Counted from the first letter of the stretch, positions 10,479 through 19,980 are shown. The stretch: DNA of 32,000 nucleotides from an uncultured Cyanobacterium sp. (GCA_964409355.1 CAYPDC010000004.1:16335-48334), one strand, 5' to 3'. Notes: a model not told the origin generated them from the letters alone. Translations and numbers: made by a program.

Positions 10479-10698
10479 TTGATTTTTAATCCTAATTTAT
10501 CAATTTTATAGCGTTTTTCATGATTACGAGGTACAAAATTAAATTAGAGTCGTCCCGATTATAAAGATTTGAGTGTACCTCATAAGGGTAGAAATTGCTA
10601 CAATTAATATTTTCTAGGAAATAATCGACAATTTTGGCGCATTTTCCTCCCCCTCTCCCCTTCTCGTCTAAAAGATTTTTCTTATATCGAACTGAGGT
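10479..10698. mobile_element. MITE-like non-autonomous repeat, copy A (contains a nested insertion)
   Basis: It aligns by eye at roughly 85-90 percent to the reverse complement of 14116-14250. Both flanks align (10479-10508 and 10603-10698). The interruption is 94 nt that are absent from copy B. The element ends at the stop codon of the TerB/Mo-nitro_C gene. Confidence 0.75.
10509..10602. mobile_element. Nested 94-nt hairpin element inserted into MITE copy A
   Basis: It is present in copy A and absent at the matching point of copy B (caatttta|attgatatttt). Its two halves are imperfect inverted repeats: TAGCGTTTTTCA..TGATTACGAGGTACA pairs with TGTACCTCATAAGGGTAGAAATTGCTACA. Confidence 0.65.
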
Positions 10699-11366
10699 TA
10701 AATATAAGGGGTAACATCCTCTTGACATTCATCCGCAAGGTAGGAAAGAGAGCGAAATCTTAAGCCTACCAATTGCTCATACAATGGATTTAACTTACAC
10801 ATGGGGGGAATATGGACAATTTTTTTGCCAAATAAAACAATATCCCGCTCAAAAGGGCATTGAGAAGGCACCATTTTACAGACAAAACGGGCTAATCGAG
10901 GATCTTTTACATCCATATCATCTAACCAGTTTTTCACTGGTTTTAGCAAGTCTGGAGATTGACTTTCTTCTTGATTTGTCTCCCCTTTCTCTGGATTCCA
11001 TAAAGTTGCCTCTAAGGATTTTAACGCCTCAATATCTAAACCCAAAGCCTTTTGAAAACCGTGAACTGCATCCGCTTCCGATTGACTATACACTCCATTG
11101 GCGATCGCCATCATCACAGCAGTACGAAGGAAATTCTCTTTAGTATCAGGATCATCTCCTAAAGCCTGTGCTAAATCTTGGGGAGAAATAGGTTCTAAAT
11201 CTCCCAAATTAGTATTAGGTGCTAACTCATCTTGAGTTAAACTAGCAATAAATTCTTGTTCTTCCACATCAAAATGACCATCAGCATAGGCTACAGTGAG
11301 TAAACCCCTTAACCATGCGGCAATTTGTTCATCGCTATATTTATTGATGTTTTGGTTAGTTGTCAT
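10698..11366 (-). CDS. TerB-like N-terminal domain fused to a Mo-dependent-nitrogenase C-terminal (Mo-nitro_C) type domain
   Basis: 222 aa. The N-terminal AAWLRGLLTVAYADGHFDVEEQEFI...AVMMAIANGVYSQSEADAV looks TerB-like. The C-terminal LARFVCKMVPSQCPFERDIVLFGKKIVHIPPMCKLNPLYEQLVGLRFRSLSYLAD resembles the cyanobacterial Mo-nitro_C family. Both domain names are from memory. Confidence 0.6.
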   Translation of the reverse strand: MTTNQNINKYSDEQIAAWLRGLLTVAYADGHFDVEEQEFIASLTQDELAPNTNLGDLEPISPQDLAQALGDDPDTKENFLRTAVMMAIANGVYSQSEADAVHGFQKALGLDIEALKSLEATLWNPEKGETNQEESQSPDLLKPVKNWLDDMDVKDPRLARFVCKMVPSQCPFERDIVLFGKKIVHIPPMCKLNPLYEQLVGLRFRSLSYLADECQEDVTPYI

Positions 11367-11459
11367 AAGTGAGTTTGTTTCTCTAAGTTATCTGGTAAAA
11401 TTAAGAAATAGGTAACAGGTAACAGTGTATAATGAAGAAGAACTCCGAACTCTGGTAAT

Positions 11460-12710
11460 TTATGGTTCAACCCATTTCCCGTCTGCTTTAATTAAATTGA
11501 TTAACTCCTTTACTCCCTCTGTTTCAGGTACTTTTTTAATTTCCTCCCTGCCACGATACAAGGAAATATAACCCGGTTGTTTGCCCACATAGCCATAATC
11601 CGCATCCGCCATTTCTCCCGGACCATTGACAATACAGCCCATTACAGCTATATCTAATCCTGTTAAATGTTTCGTGGCTTCCCTGACTTGATGCAATACT
11701 TCTTCTAAATTAAATAAAGTACGACCGCAAGAAGGACAGGCTACATACTCCACCATTGTTTTGCGTAAGCCTAAAGCCTGTAAGATACTGTAACAAACGG
11801 GAATTTCTTTTTCTGGTGCTTCAGTCAAAGAAACTCGGATAGTATCGCCGATGCCTTCTGCTAATAAAGTACCAATTCCAGCAGTGGATTTGATTCTACC
11901 ATATTCCCCGTCCCCTGCTTCGGTAACGCCTAAATGTAAGGGGTAATCCATGCCTAAATCATCCATGCGTTTTGCCATGAGACGATAAGCGGCTAACATG
12001 ACTGGCACACGGGAGGCTTTCATGGAGATAATCAAGTTACGGAAATTTAATGACTCACAAATTTTGATAAATTCAAGAGCAGATTCTACCATCCCTTCGG
12101 GAGTGTCTCCATAAGTGAATAACATTCTCTCAGATAAAGAACCATGATTAACGCCAATACGCATAGCTTTTCCTTGATCTCTTAAGGAAATTACTAAAGG
12201 TTCTAAGGTTTCCTTGATTTTTTCGCCAATTTGGGCAAATTCTTCTTCAGAATAGGAGATGCGATCGCTACTTGGTTTTTCAAAGACATACAAACCGGGG
12301 TTAATACGAACTTTATCAACGTGTTTAGCCACTTCTAAGGCGATTTTCATCCCATTATGGTGTACATCTGCCACTAAAGGCACCGGTTGATAAATCTGCT
12401 CTAGTTTCGCCTTAATTTCTCCTACTGCTTTAGCGTGGGCAAGACTTGGCACTGTTACTCGCACAATTTCGCAACCAATCTCATGTAAACGGCGAATAGC
12501 GGCAACGGAAGCATCTACATCGAGGGTATCTTCATTAATCATGGATTGTACCACTACGGGATAATTACCGCCAACGGTGACATTACCAACTTTGACGGGG
12601 CGGGTTTTGCGTCTATGAATAGTCGTATCAAATAAGCTATTCTCTAAATCCCTTTGAGGTTTATCAATAGTTTGCATCGTCTTGCTTTTATGGCTATTTT
12701 TTATGATCAA
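11460..12710 (-). CDS. ispG: 4-hydroxy-3-methylbut-2-en-1-yl diphosphate synthase (ferredoxin)
   Basis: [18 protein letters not shown]...VRVTVP...ACPSCGRT...[10 protein letters not shown] are GcpE/IspG hallmarks. The internal ATG at 12677 (MQTIDKPQ...) is a plausible alternative start. Confidence 0.93.
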   Translation of the reverse strand: MIIKNSHKSKTMQTIDKPQRDLENSLFDTTIHRRKTRPVKVGNVTVGGNYPVVVQSMINEDTLDVDASVAAIRRLHEIGCEIVRVTVPSLAHAKAVGEIKAKLEQIYQPVPLVADVHHNGMKIALEVAKHVDKVRINPGLYVFEKPSSDRISYSEEEFAQIGEKIKETLEPLVISLRDQGKAMRIGVNHGSLSERMLFTYGDTPEGMVESALEFIKICESLNFRNLIISMKASRVPVMLAAYRLMAKRMDDLGMDYPLHLGVTEAGDGEYGRIKSTAGIGTLLAEGIGDTIRVSLTEAPEKEIPVCYSILQALGLRKTMVEYVACPSCGRTLFNLEEVLHQVREATKHLTGLDIAVMGCIVNGPGEMADADYGYVGKQPGYISLYRGREEIKKVPETEGVKELINLIKADGKWVEP

Positions 12711-12722
12711 TCCTATTTTAGA

Positions 12723-12750
12723 TTAAGAATGAATAATTAAGAATTTAGAA
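12723..12750. repeat. Degenerate heptamer array TTAAGAA TGAATAA TTAAGAA TTTAGAA
   Basis: Read directly in the ispG / oxidoreductase divergent intergenic region. It is the reverse-complement relative of the AATTCTT family. Confidence 0.6.
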
Positions 12751-12824
12751 TTCATTATGGCAACTTAAGTGCAAACTAGGTTATCCTGTTTAATTATTTT
12801 CATTAAACTAACATAGATAATACA

Positions 12825-14060
12825 ATGATCAAAAAATCTCAAATAGTAGTCATTGGAGGAGGTGCGGCCGGATTTTTCGGTGCGATAAGTTGCATCTCGG
12901 CTTCCCCTCATCTAACAGTAACTATTCTTGAAGCAGGAAAACAACCCCTAACTAAAGTCAAAATTTCAGGGGGAGGCCGATGTAATGTCACCCATCACTG
13001 TTTTAACTCTTCAGAATTAGTCAGCAATTACCCTCGTGGTGGCAAAGAATTAAGAGGTGCTTTTTCTCGTTTTCAACCCCAAGATACCATTAACTGGTTT
13101 GAGAAACGGGGAGTTAAGTTAAAAACCGAAGCCGATGGGCGTATGTTTCCTGTAACCGATAACTCTCAGACAATTATTGACTGTTTAATAAACACCGCTA
13201 CTCAATTGGGAGTAAAAATTTATACTCAAACTCCTGTTAAGGATATTGATAAATCAGAATTAGGTTTTAATATTACTCTTAAATCAGGGGAAGTTATCGA
13301 AGCCCAAAAAGTTTTAATTGCCACGGGAAGTAATCCTAATGGTCATCAATGGGCGAAAAAATTAGGGCATACCATACAACCTCCCATTCCTTCTTTATTT
13401 ACATTCAAAATAAAAGATCAAAGATTATCAGATTTAGCAGGAATTACTTGTGAAAATGTTAATTTAAAATTACTTTTACAAAAGGGAAAAAAATTAGAAC
13501 AAAGTGGTAATTTATTGGTTACTCATTGGGGCATCAGTGGACCTGTTACCTTAAAATTATCGGCATGGGGGGCAAGGATCTTACATGATCATAAATATAA
13601 TGTACCATTGATTATTAATTGGCTTCCTCAGAGAGATTATAAATCAGTTAAGGAAGAGTTAATTAGTTGTAAAAATACTGTAGCTAAACAAAAAGTTATT
13701 AATTATCATGGCTTTAATTTACCAAAGAGACTATGGCAAAGTTTAGTAAATTATAGTTTAACAAATCGGGATAAAATTTGGGCTGAAATCACAAAAAAAG
13801 AGACTGATAAGTTAATAGAAGAATTAATAAGAGGAGTATATCAAATTCAAGGAAAAGGAGTATTTAAAGAGGAATTTGTTACTTGTGGAGGAGTTACCTT
13901 AAAGGAGATAGATTTTAAAACAATGATGAGTAAAATATGCCCCAATTTATATTTTGCTGGGGAGGTTTTGGATATTGATGGAGTCACAGGAGGATTCAAT
14001 TTTCAAAATGCTTGGACGACAGGATGGTTAGCAGGTTTAGGCTCTACCACTGCTCAATAA
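12825..14060 (+). CDS. NAD(P)/FAD-dependent oxidoreductase, HI0933/BaiN family
   Basis: It shows VVIGGGAAGFFGA, KISGGGRCNVTH, and C-terminal FAGEVLDIDGVTGGFNFQNAW, which is the typical family pattern. Confidence 0.85.
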   Translation: MIKKSQIVVIGGGAAGFFGAISCISASPHLTVTILEAGKQPLTKVKISGGGRCNVTHHCFNSSELVSNYPRGGKELRGAFSRFQPQDTINWFEKRGVKLKTEADGRMFPVTDNSQTIIDCLINTATQLGVKIYTQTPVKDIDKSELGFNITLKSGEVIEAQKVLIATGSNPNGHQWAKKLGHTIQPPIPSLFTFKIKDQRLSDLAGITCENVNLKLLLQKGKKLEQSGNLLVTHWGISGPVTLKLSAWGARILHDHKYNVPLIINWLPQRDYKSVKEELISCKNTVAKQKVINYHGFNLPKRLWQSLVNYSLTNRDKIWAEITKKETDKLIEELIRGVYQIQGKGVFKEEFVTCGGVTLKEIDFKTMMSKICPNLYFAGEVLDIDGVTGGFNFQNAWTTGWLAGLGSTTAQ

Positions 14061-14115
14061 AACTAAACTAGGCTTTGCTGAAAAAGTGCTTTGGTGACAG
14101 GGTTTTTTCAAAGTT

Positions 14116-14250
14116 ACCTGAGTTCGATATAAGAAAAAATGATGAAGACGAGAAGGGGAGAGAGGGAGAGGGGGAGGAAAACACTCCAAAACTGTCGATT
14201 ATTTCCTAGAAAATATCAATTAAAATTGATAAGTTAGGATTAAAAATCAA
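14116..14250. mobile_element. MITE-like non-autonomous repeat, copy B (uninterrupted, inverted relative to copy A)
   Basis: It begins ACCTGAGTTCGATATAAG, contains a polypurine core at 14148-14183, and ends ...GGATTAAAAATCAA. It matches the reverse complement of 10479-10698 minus the nested 94 nt. Confidence 0.75.
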
Positions 14251-14351
14251 TGTGTGGGGCTTCTCACCAATTAAGCTAATATTCCTAATTCCTAATGGAA
14301 CTAATAGCTTATAATATTCACAGACATTAATCAGTAAAAGGTGAAGAAGCG

Positions 14352-15593
14352 ATGTTAGCTTATTTTCTGGCAATTCTTGTGGCAATAACCAGTTTATCCC
14401 TGTATCTTAATGCTTTTATACGTCCTAAAATACATCGGCAAGATGATTTCCTCTGGAGTGGCTTGGGGTTGTTTTATACCCTTGTTTTGTGGATTTGCGC
14501 TGGTAGAATTACTGGGGCTGTATTGTTAGGGCAAACCGCAGGAGTTGCAGTTGCGATCGCATTTATTTGGGAAAATATACAGTTAAGATCGACAATTACC
14601 GCCCAAGCTGAGTCAAATCAAGTTTTGGAAGGGTTTTCGGTATTAAGTTTTATTGCTCAATCTTTGACAAAGTTATCTCAATTAGGGAAGAAAAAAGCTA
14701 CTCCCCCCCTAGAAACAAAAACTCAACAGACGGGTAAGACTGAGAAAAAAGAAGTCACTGTCGAGACTACTGAAAATCAAACAAATATAGAAGAATTTCA
14801 AACTTCTGTCGAAGTCGAGGAAGAAATCGAAGAAAAGTTAGAGGAATCAGAAAAAGAAAAATCTATTGATGAGGATAAGCAACAGGACATTTCCGATAAC
14901 TCAGAGGATAATCTGATAGAAGATACATCAGAAAATGAGTTGCAAGTAGAGATTGAGGAAGAAAAAACGATGCCAACGGTGACAGAATCGACTCCAGAGA
15001 CACTAGAAGATATAAATAAAGAAAATAAGGCAAAAATTAGTTTATGGGAAAGAATTAGGAATATTTTCCGCAAATCTCCTGAAAAAACCCCCATCAATGA
15101 TGAGTTACCAGAATCTCTCTTAGACGAAATTGACGATATAGAGGAAGATGTTGATCCTGAAACTACCGCCGTGGAAGTTGAGGAGGCGATCGCAAAATTA
15201 GATATAACAGAAACTACTAACGAAGAAAAGAAAGAAACCGCAGAAACTAATCCCACTTCTGTTGATACGGAGGAAAAAGAAGAAGTTATCAACAATGAAG
15301 AATCAACCCCTGATTCTAAAGAAGAAACTGATCAACCAGTAGAGGCAATAGAGGAAATGACGGAGGAAGAAAATGAAGTAAATCAAGTCAGTGAGGAGGA
15401 GAATGAAACCATTGAGGAAGACAATAATATTGAATCGGCAATAGAAACACCTCTCACTTCTGAGGAAGAAACTCCCGTTACAGAAGAAAAAGAAACTCCT
15501 GAAATAGAGTCAAACAAGGAAGAAGAAAAAACCATTCCCCCTGAAGATACGATCGCATCTCTGGATGAATTAAAAATGGAAAATGAAGAATGA
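14352..15593 (+). CDS. Ycf66-like membrane protein with a roughly 300-aa highly acidic low-complexity C-terminal extension
   Basis: The N-terminal 80 aa (MLAYFLAILVAITSLSLYLNAFIRPKIHRQDDFLWSGLGLFYTLVLWICAGRITGAVLLGQ) resemble the Ycf66 family. The remainder is E/T/D-rich. An AAGGTGA Shine-Dalgarno (SD) sequence lies upstream of the ATG. Confidence 0.7.
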   Translation: MLAYFLAILVAITSLSLYLNAFIRPKIHRQDDFLWSGLGLFYTLVLWICAGRITGAVLLGQTAGVAVAIAFIWENIQLRSTITAQAESNQVLEGFSVLSFIAQSLTKLSQLGKKKATPPLETKTQQTGKTEKKEVTVETTENQTNIEEFQTSVEVEEEIEEKLEESEKEKSIDEDKQQDISDNSEDNLIEDTSENELQVEIEEEKTMPTVTESTPETLEDINKENKAKISLWERIRNIFRKSPEKTPINDELPESLLDEIDDIEEDVDPETTAVEVEEAIAKLDITETTNEEKKETAETNPTSVDTEEKEEVINNEESTPDSKEETDQPVEAIEEMTEEENEVNQVSEEENETIEEDNNIESAIETPLTSEEETPVTEEKETPEIESNKEEEKTIPPEDTIASLDELKMENEE

Positions 15594-15661
15594 AAAAAGG
15601 AGGTGTCGGGTTTCTGGTAAATTAAGATTAGCATCCAACGAATCGCACTACTCCGGACTCC

Positions 15662-16501
15662 CTACTTCTTCAAATTCTCCCCACCAGAAATAACTTCAGC
15701 CGACTGGATGCGATCACCCTGCTTAATTCCTTCAACCACATCCATACCTTCGGTAACTCTACCAAAAACGGCATAACTACCATCTAGGAAAGGTAAATCT
15801 GCTAAGGTAAAGTAGAATTGAGCGGAAGCAGAATCGGGCATATTCGATCGAGCCATGGCAATTACTCCATATTCATGCTTTAATTGAGGAGAATCGGCGA
15901 TAGTTTTACTGTAAATGATGTCAGGAGGAGTTGTGCCTTCTTTATACTCAGGGCGAATTTCGAGGGGGATATAACGAGCAGTTTTTGTGGTAGGATTGGT
16001 ATAACTGCCAGTCCCTAAACGACTGGCGGGAATACTGGGATTAGTGCTTTGAGGATCGCCTCCTTGTGCTACAAAAGGAGTAGGTTCTGTAACGACACGA
16101 TGGAACATAGAGTTATTATAAACCCCTTGTTGCACTAAATCAACAAAATTTCCTGCGGTAATGGGAGCATTATTGCCATCGAGTTCAATGGTAACAGATT
16201 GCCCGTTAATTTTCATTACTACTGTTGCATTGCCTTCTAAACGAGGTAAATTCATAGAATTATTATTATTTAAACTAATGTTGTCTTGATTGGCCGTTTC
16301 TGCTTGATTGGCATTGGTTTGCGTCGAAGAAAGATTATCCTCAGAATTGTTATTTTCTACCTCAGAGGTAGTTGTTTCTTGAGTATTATTATCCACCTTG
16401 GAAGTAGCATTTAACTGTTGACATCCTGATAAACCTATCATCGTGATTAAACAAAGAACCACGATCAAATTAAGATTTTTATTGAAAGATGAAACTTTCA
16501 T
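15662..16501 (-). CDS. Cyclophilin-type peptidyl-prolyl cis-trans isomerase, predicted lipoprotein
   Basis: It has a signal peptide with lipobox LSGC and an N/T/Q-rich linker. The cyclophilin core follows ([21 protein letters not shown]...FVAQGGDP...SAQFYFTL...[11 protein letters not shown]). Confidence 0.88.
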   Translation of the reverse strand: MKVSSFNKNLNLIVVLCLITMIGLSGCQQLNATSKVDNNTQETTTSEVENNNSEDNLSSTQTNANQAETANQDNISLNNNNSMNLPRLEGNATVVMKINGQSVTIELDGNNAPITAGNFVDLVQQGVYNNSMFHRVVTEPTPFVAQGGDPQSTNPSIPASRLGTGSYTNPTTKTARYIPLEIRPEYKEGTTPPDIIYSKTIADSPQLKHEYGVIAMARSNMPDSASAQFYFTLADLPFLDGSYAVFGRVTEGMDVVEGIKQGDRIQSAEVISGGENLKK

Positions 16502-16572
16502 ATAGCTTTATTTTTCCTCAATTATTATAAATCAAAAATAGAGTTAATAATATACTAATATCATTCTCTAAA

Positions 16573-16593
16573 CTATGGTTCTTTGTGCCATAG
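16573..16593 (-). terminator. Hairpin CTATGG-n9-CCATAG just downstream of the diguanylate cyclase gene
   Basis: Read directly. On the minus strand it reads CTATGGcacaaagaaCCATAG followed by TTTAGAG. Confidence 0.35.
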
Positions 16594-16598
16594 AGATT

Positions 16599-18377
16599 TC
16601 AATAAAATATATCTGAGGCGATCGAATAGCCATTTCTCCCATGGCGCTTAGTTTGATACAAGGCTTCATCAGCTTTCTTGAGTAGAGAATCAATGGTTTT
16701 GCCATGATGAGGATAAATTGCCACTCCGATACTGGTAGAAGTGTTAATAGTTATTTCATCAAAGACAAAGGGACTACGGATAGACTTTAAAATTCTTTCG
16801 ATAATTGTAATTAAATGTTCGATCGAGCTTATATTAGAGAGTAAAGCCACAAATTCATCTCCACCCCAACGGGCAAGGCAATCTCTTTTTTTCAAACAAG
16901 ACTTGATTCTTTCACTAAAGTTTTTTAATAACATATCTCCCACATCATGACCATAAGTATCGTTAATTTGTTTAAAATAGTCCACATCAAAAAAAATCAA
17001 GGCTAAATTTTTATTGCTTCTTTGAGACACTAGCAGTTTTTTCCCTGCATATTCTCGAAAATAATTTCTTTTATATAAACCTGTCAAACTATCATGGTAT
17101 GCTTGAAACTTTAATTGTTCTTCTAATAACTTTCTTTGGCTAATATCTCTAAATACAGAGCAAAATACTAATTTATTCTGATAATTAATAATACTCATAC
17201 TTAGTTCCACATATACAGATTTGTTGTCCTTAACTCTAAAAATTAATTCTTCTCTAAAACTAGATTTAGTTTGCATTAAAAGTCTAAGTTTATGAGTAAA
17301 ATCAAAACTATTATTATCTATAAAGTTTTCTATTTTTTGCTCGATTAATTCCTCTAGGGAAAAACCCAGTATTTTAGTTGCTGATTTATTGGCTTCAATT
17401 ACCTGATGATTGTCAGCAGTGAATAAAAAAATTCCTTCAGAAGTTTGCTCAACTACTGCTCGATATTTTGCTTCACTATCTTTTAATTTAACTTCTATTT
17501 GTTTTCTTTTAGTAAAGTCAAAGATATAAATTCTAATAACTTTTAGTTCATGTAAATAATGAATATATTGTTCAAAAATTTTCTGGTGATAGTGAACTTC
17601 TCTAACAAATAGATTCCCATGAATTTTCTGATCTGCTTTAAGTAAATTGACTAAAATAGGATGATTCATTTTTTCATCCTTTAACTCAGGAAATAAAAAT
17701 TCGGCGGCGGGATTATAATAGGTAATTTTTCCTTGTAAATTAATTTCAATAATCGGATAAGGACTCAATTCTGCAAAAGAACCTAATTTGGCGATATAAC
17801 TGTCTATTTCTTCTTGCTCTAAATCTAAATTTTTAAAATTATAAATACTATTATTTAATGTTTTTTTCCCATAACTATCTTCATCATGAATACTCTTACT
17901 GTCAAAGCTAATCATATTCAAAAAATCTTGATTTTGTGAACTTTTGTCAATGACAAAAAATCTCGCTTTTGAGTGATCCCCAAAAATAATTAAATCTCCA
18001 TGTTCTAAATATTTTTCTTCAAATTTATTATGATTAATAATCAAGCCATTTTTACTTTTTTGACCTGATAAATTACCGTCAACTATTTTGTAAAAAAAAA
18101 GGTTATCTTCCTGATTATATTCTTTGATAATCGTGGCATGATTCCGAGACACAGACAAATCTCTGAGAATAATATCCGCATTATGTCGCCTACCAATTTG
18201 ATATGCAGAATCCTCCAAGTAAATGAGATTATGTTCTTTGTTATCTTCTAAAATTAATAGATATAAGTATTGATCATTGGGATTATTCTCGTAATTGCTT
18301 GTATAGTTGCTGACTTGAGGGGTAATTGTACTGGAATCCTCGGAGTTTTGGTTCGGTGAGGAAGATTTTTGTCCCAT
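16599..18377 (-). CDS. FHA - PAS - GGDEF diguanylate cyclase
   Basis: It has an FHA core (YQIGRRHNADIILRDLSVSRNHATI...NGLIINH) and a PAS region (AKYRAVVEQTSEGIFLF...FRDISQRK). The GGDEF domain has an intact RWGGDEFVALL motif. Confidence 0.88.
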   Translation of the reverse strand: MGQKSSSPNQNSEDSSTITPQVSNYTSNYENNPNDQYLYLLILEDNKEHNLIYLEDSAYQIGRRHNADIILRDLSVSRNHATIIKEYNQEDNLFFYKIVDGNLSGQKSKNGLIINHNKFEEKYLEHGDLIIFGDHSKARFFVIDKSSQNQDFLNMISFDSKSIHDEDSYGKKTLNNSIYNFKNLDLEQEEIDSYIAKLGSFAELSPYPIIEINLQGKITYYNPAAEFLFPELKDEKMNHPILVNLLKADQKIHGNLFVREVHYHQKIFEQYIHYLHELKVIRIYIFDFTKRKQIEVKLKDSEAKYRAVVEQTSEGIFLFTADNHQVIEANKSATKILGFSLEELIEQKIENFIDNNSFDFTHKLRLLMQTKSSFREELIFRVKDNKSVYVELSMSIINYQNKLVFCSVFRDISQRKLLEEQLKFQAYHDSLTGLYKRNYFREYAGKKLLVSQRSNKNLALIFFDVDYFKQINDTYGHDVGDMLLKNFSERIKSCLKKRDCLARWGGDEFVALLSNISSIEHLITIIERILKSIRSPFVFDEITINTSTSIGVAIYPHHGKTIDSLLKKADEALYQTKRHGRNGYSIASDIFY

Positions 18378-18696
18378 TTGTTAATTTTCTCTATTGACAT
18401 CGATTTTTTATATATTTGCTATTCTCATTATATATTTTGTTAAATAAATTCTAAAGGTGTTACCGGCAGTCAGTCCTTCAATGGGAGCAATCTTGTCATA
18501 ATAAGTAACGTCAGTCGATTCCGAATCAACAATTCTCGTCCTTCCACCGCAGAAGTTGAATAAAAACCGAATGTCTAAATATATGTAAAGATTATTTAAA
18601 CAGATTGAGAAATAACCCCTAGCATAAACAATAATTTAGAATTGTTAAGAAGCATTTTTATAGTAACCCGATTATTTAATCAAATAGAATTATCCA

Positions 18697-19980
18697 ATGA
18701 ATATTGTAGTATTGGGGCTTTCCCATAAAACCGCCGCCGTAGAAATCAGAGAAAAGTTAAGTATTCCTGAGCCAAAAATAGAGGACTCTATCCGTCATTT
18801 ACTAACTTATCCCCATGTAGAGGAAGTGGCAATTATCAGTACCTGTAACCGTTTAGAAATTTATGCAGTGGTGAAAGAAACGGAACAGGGAGTCAAGGAG
18901 ATTACCCAGTTTTTAGCGGAAATTGGGCATATACCCATACTAGAATTGCGTCGTCATTTATTTATTCTTCTCCATCAAGATACTATTCGTCATTTAATGC
19001 GTGTTGCGGCCGGATTAGAAAGTTTAGTGTTAGGGGAAGGGCAAATTCTGGCACAGGTGAAAACTACCCATAAATTAGGCATGAAGTACAATGGGATGAG
19101 CAGACTACTCGATCGCCTCTTTAAACAAGCCATTAGTGCGGGGAAAAGAGTACGCACAGAAACAAATATCGGTACAGGGGCGGTGTCCATTAGTTCGGCA
19201 GCAGTAGAATTAGTGGATACAAAAATAGAAGATTTATCCTCCCAAAAAATAGCCATTATTGGTGCGGGAAAAATGTCTCGCTTGTTAGTACAACATTTAT
19301 TGGCAAAGGGCGTAAATAATATTGCGATCGTCAATCGCTCTCATCATCGCTCAGAAGAATTGGCAAAACAGTTTCCTCAAGCCCTGTTAAAACTGTACCT
19401 ATTACAAGATATGATGACTATTGTATCGGAGTCTGATATTGTTTTTACAAGCACTGGGGCAACTCAACCGATTCTCGACAAAAACAACCTTTCTCCCCTC
19501 GCAGTCAATCATACCATCATGTTAGTGGATATTTCCGTCCCCAGAAATGTTGCCAGTGATGTCACCGAATTAGACTTTATCGAATCCTATAACGTTGATG
19601 ATTTAAAAGCCGTTGTTGCCCAAAACCATGCTAGTCGTCGAGAAATGGCAAAAGAAGCGGAAAACCTCTTAGAAGAAGAAATTGAGGCATTTGAACTGTG
19701 GTGGCAATCCCTCGAAACAGTGCCGACTATTAGTTGTTTAAGAAGTAAAATTGAGCAGATTCGAGAGCAAGAATTAGAGAAAGCCTTATCGAGATTAGGT
19801 TCAGAATTTGCGGAAAAACATCAAGAAGTGATCGAAGCCTTAACCAGAGGTATTGTCAACAAAATTTTACACGATCCCATGGTACAATTGCGCACTCAGA
19901 AGGATATTGAGGCAAGACGCAAAGCCTTACATACCTTACAAACTTTATTTGATCTCGAAGTGTCAGAACAGTTGATCTGA
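18697..19980 (+). CDS. hemA: Glutamyl-tRNA reductase
   Basis: [22 protein letters not shown]...STCNRLEIY...[10 protein letters not shown]...IGAGKMS are canonical HemA features. Confidence 0.95.
   Translation: MNIVVLGLSHKTAAVEIREKLSIPEPKIEDSIRHLLTYPHVEEVAIISTCNRLEIYAVVKETEQGVKEITQFLAEIGHIPILELRRHLFILLHQDTIRHLMRVAAGLESLVLGEGQILAQVKTTHKLGMKYNGMSRLLDRLFKQAISAGKRVRTETNIGTGAVSISSAAVELVDTKIEDLSSQKIAIIGAGKMSRLLVQHLLAKGVNNIAIVNRSHHRSEELAKQFPQALLKLYLLQDMMTIVSESDIVFTSTGATQPILDKNNLSPLAVNHTIMLVDISVPRNVASDVTELDFIESYNVDDLKAVVAQNHASRREMAKEAENLLEEEIEAFELWWQSLETVPTISCLRSKIEQIREQELEKALSRLGSEFAEKHQEVIEALTRGIVNKILHDPMVQLRTQKDIEARRKALHTLQTLFDLEVSEQLI

Noticed and set aside
10492-11143. Track ORFs 10492..10728 (minus) and 10784..11143 (plus)
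   Set aside because: The first lies inside the MITE-like repeat and spans its nested insertion. The second is antisense to the TerB/Mo-nitro_C gene. Neither has coding-like features.
14798-15634. Serine-rich minus-strand ORFs 14798..15295 and 15383..15634
   Set aside because: They are artefacts of the GAA/GAG-rich acidic tail of the Ycf66-like gene read on the opposite strand.
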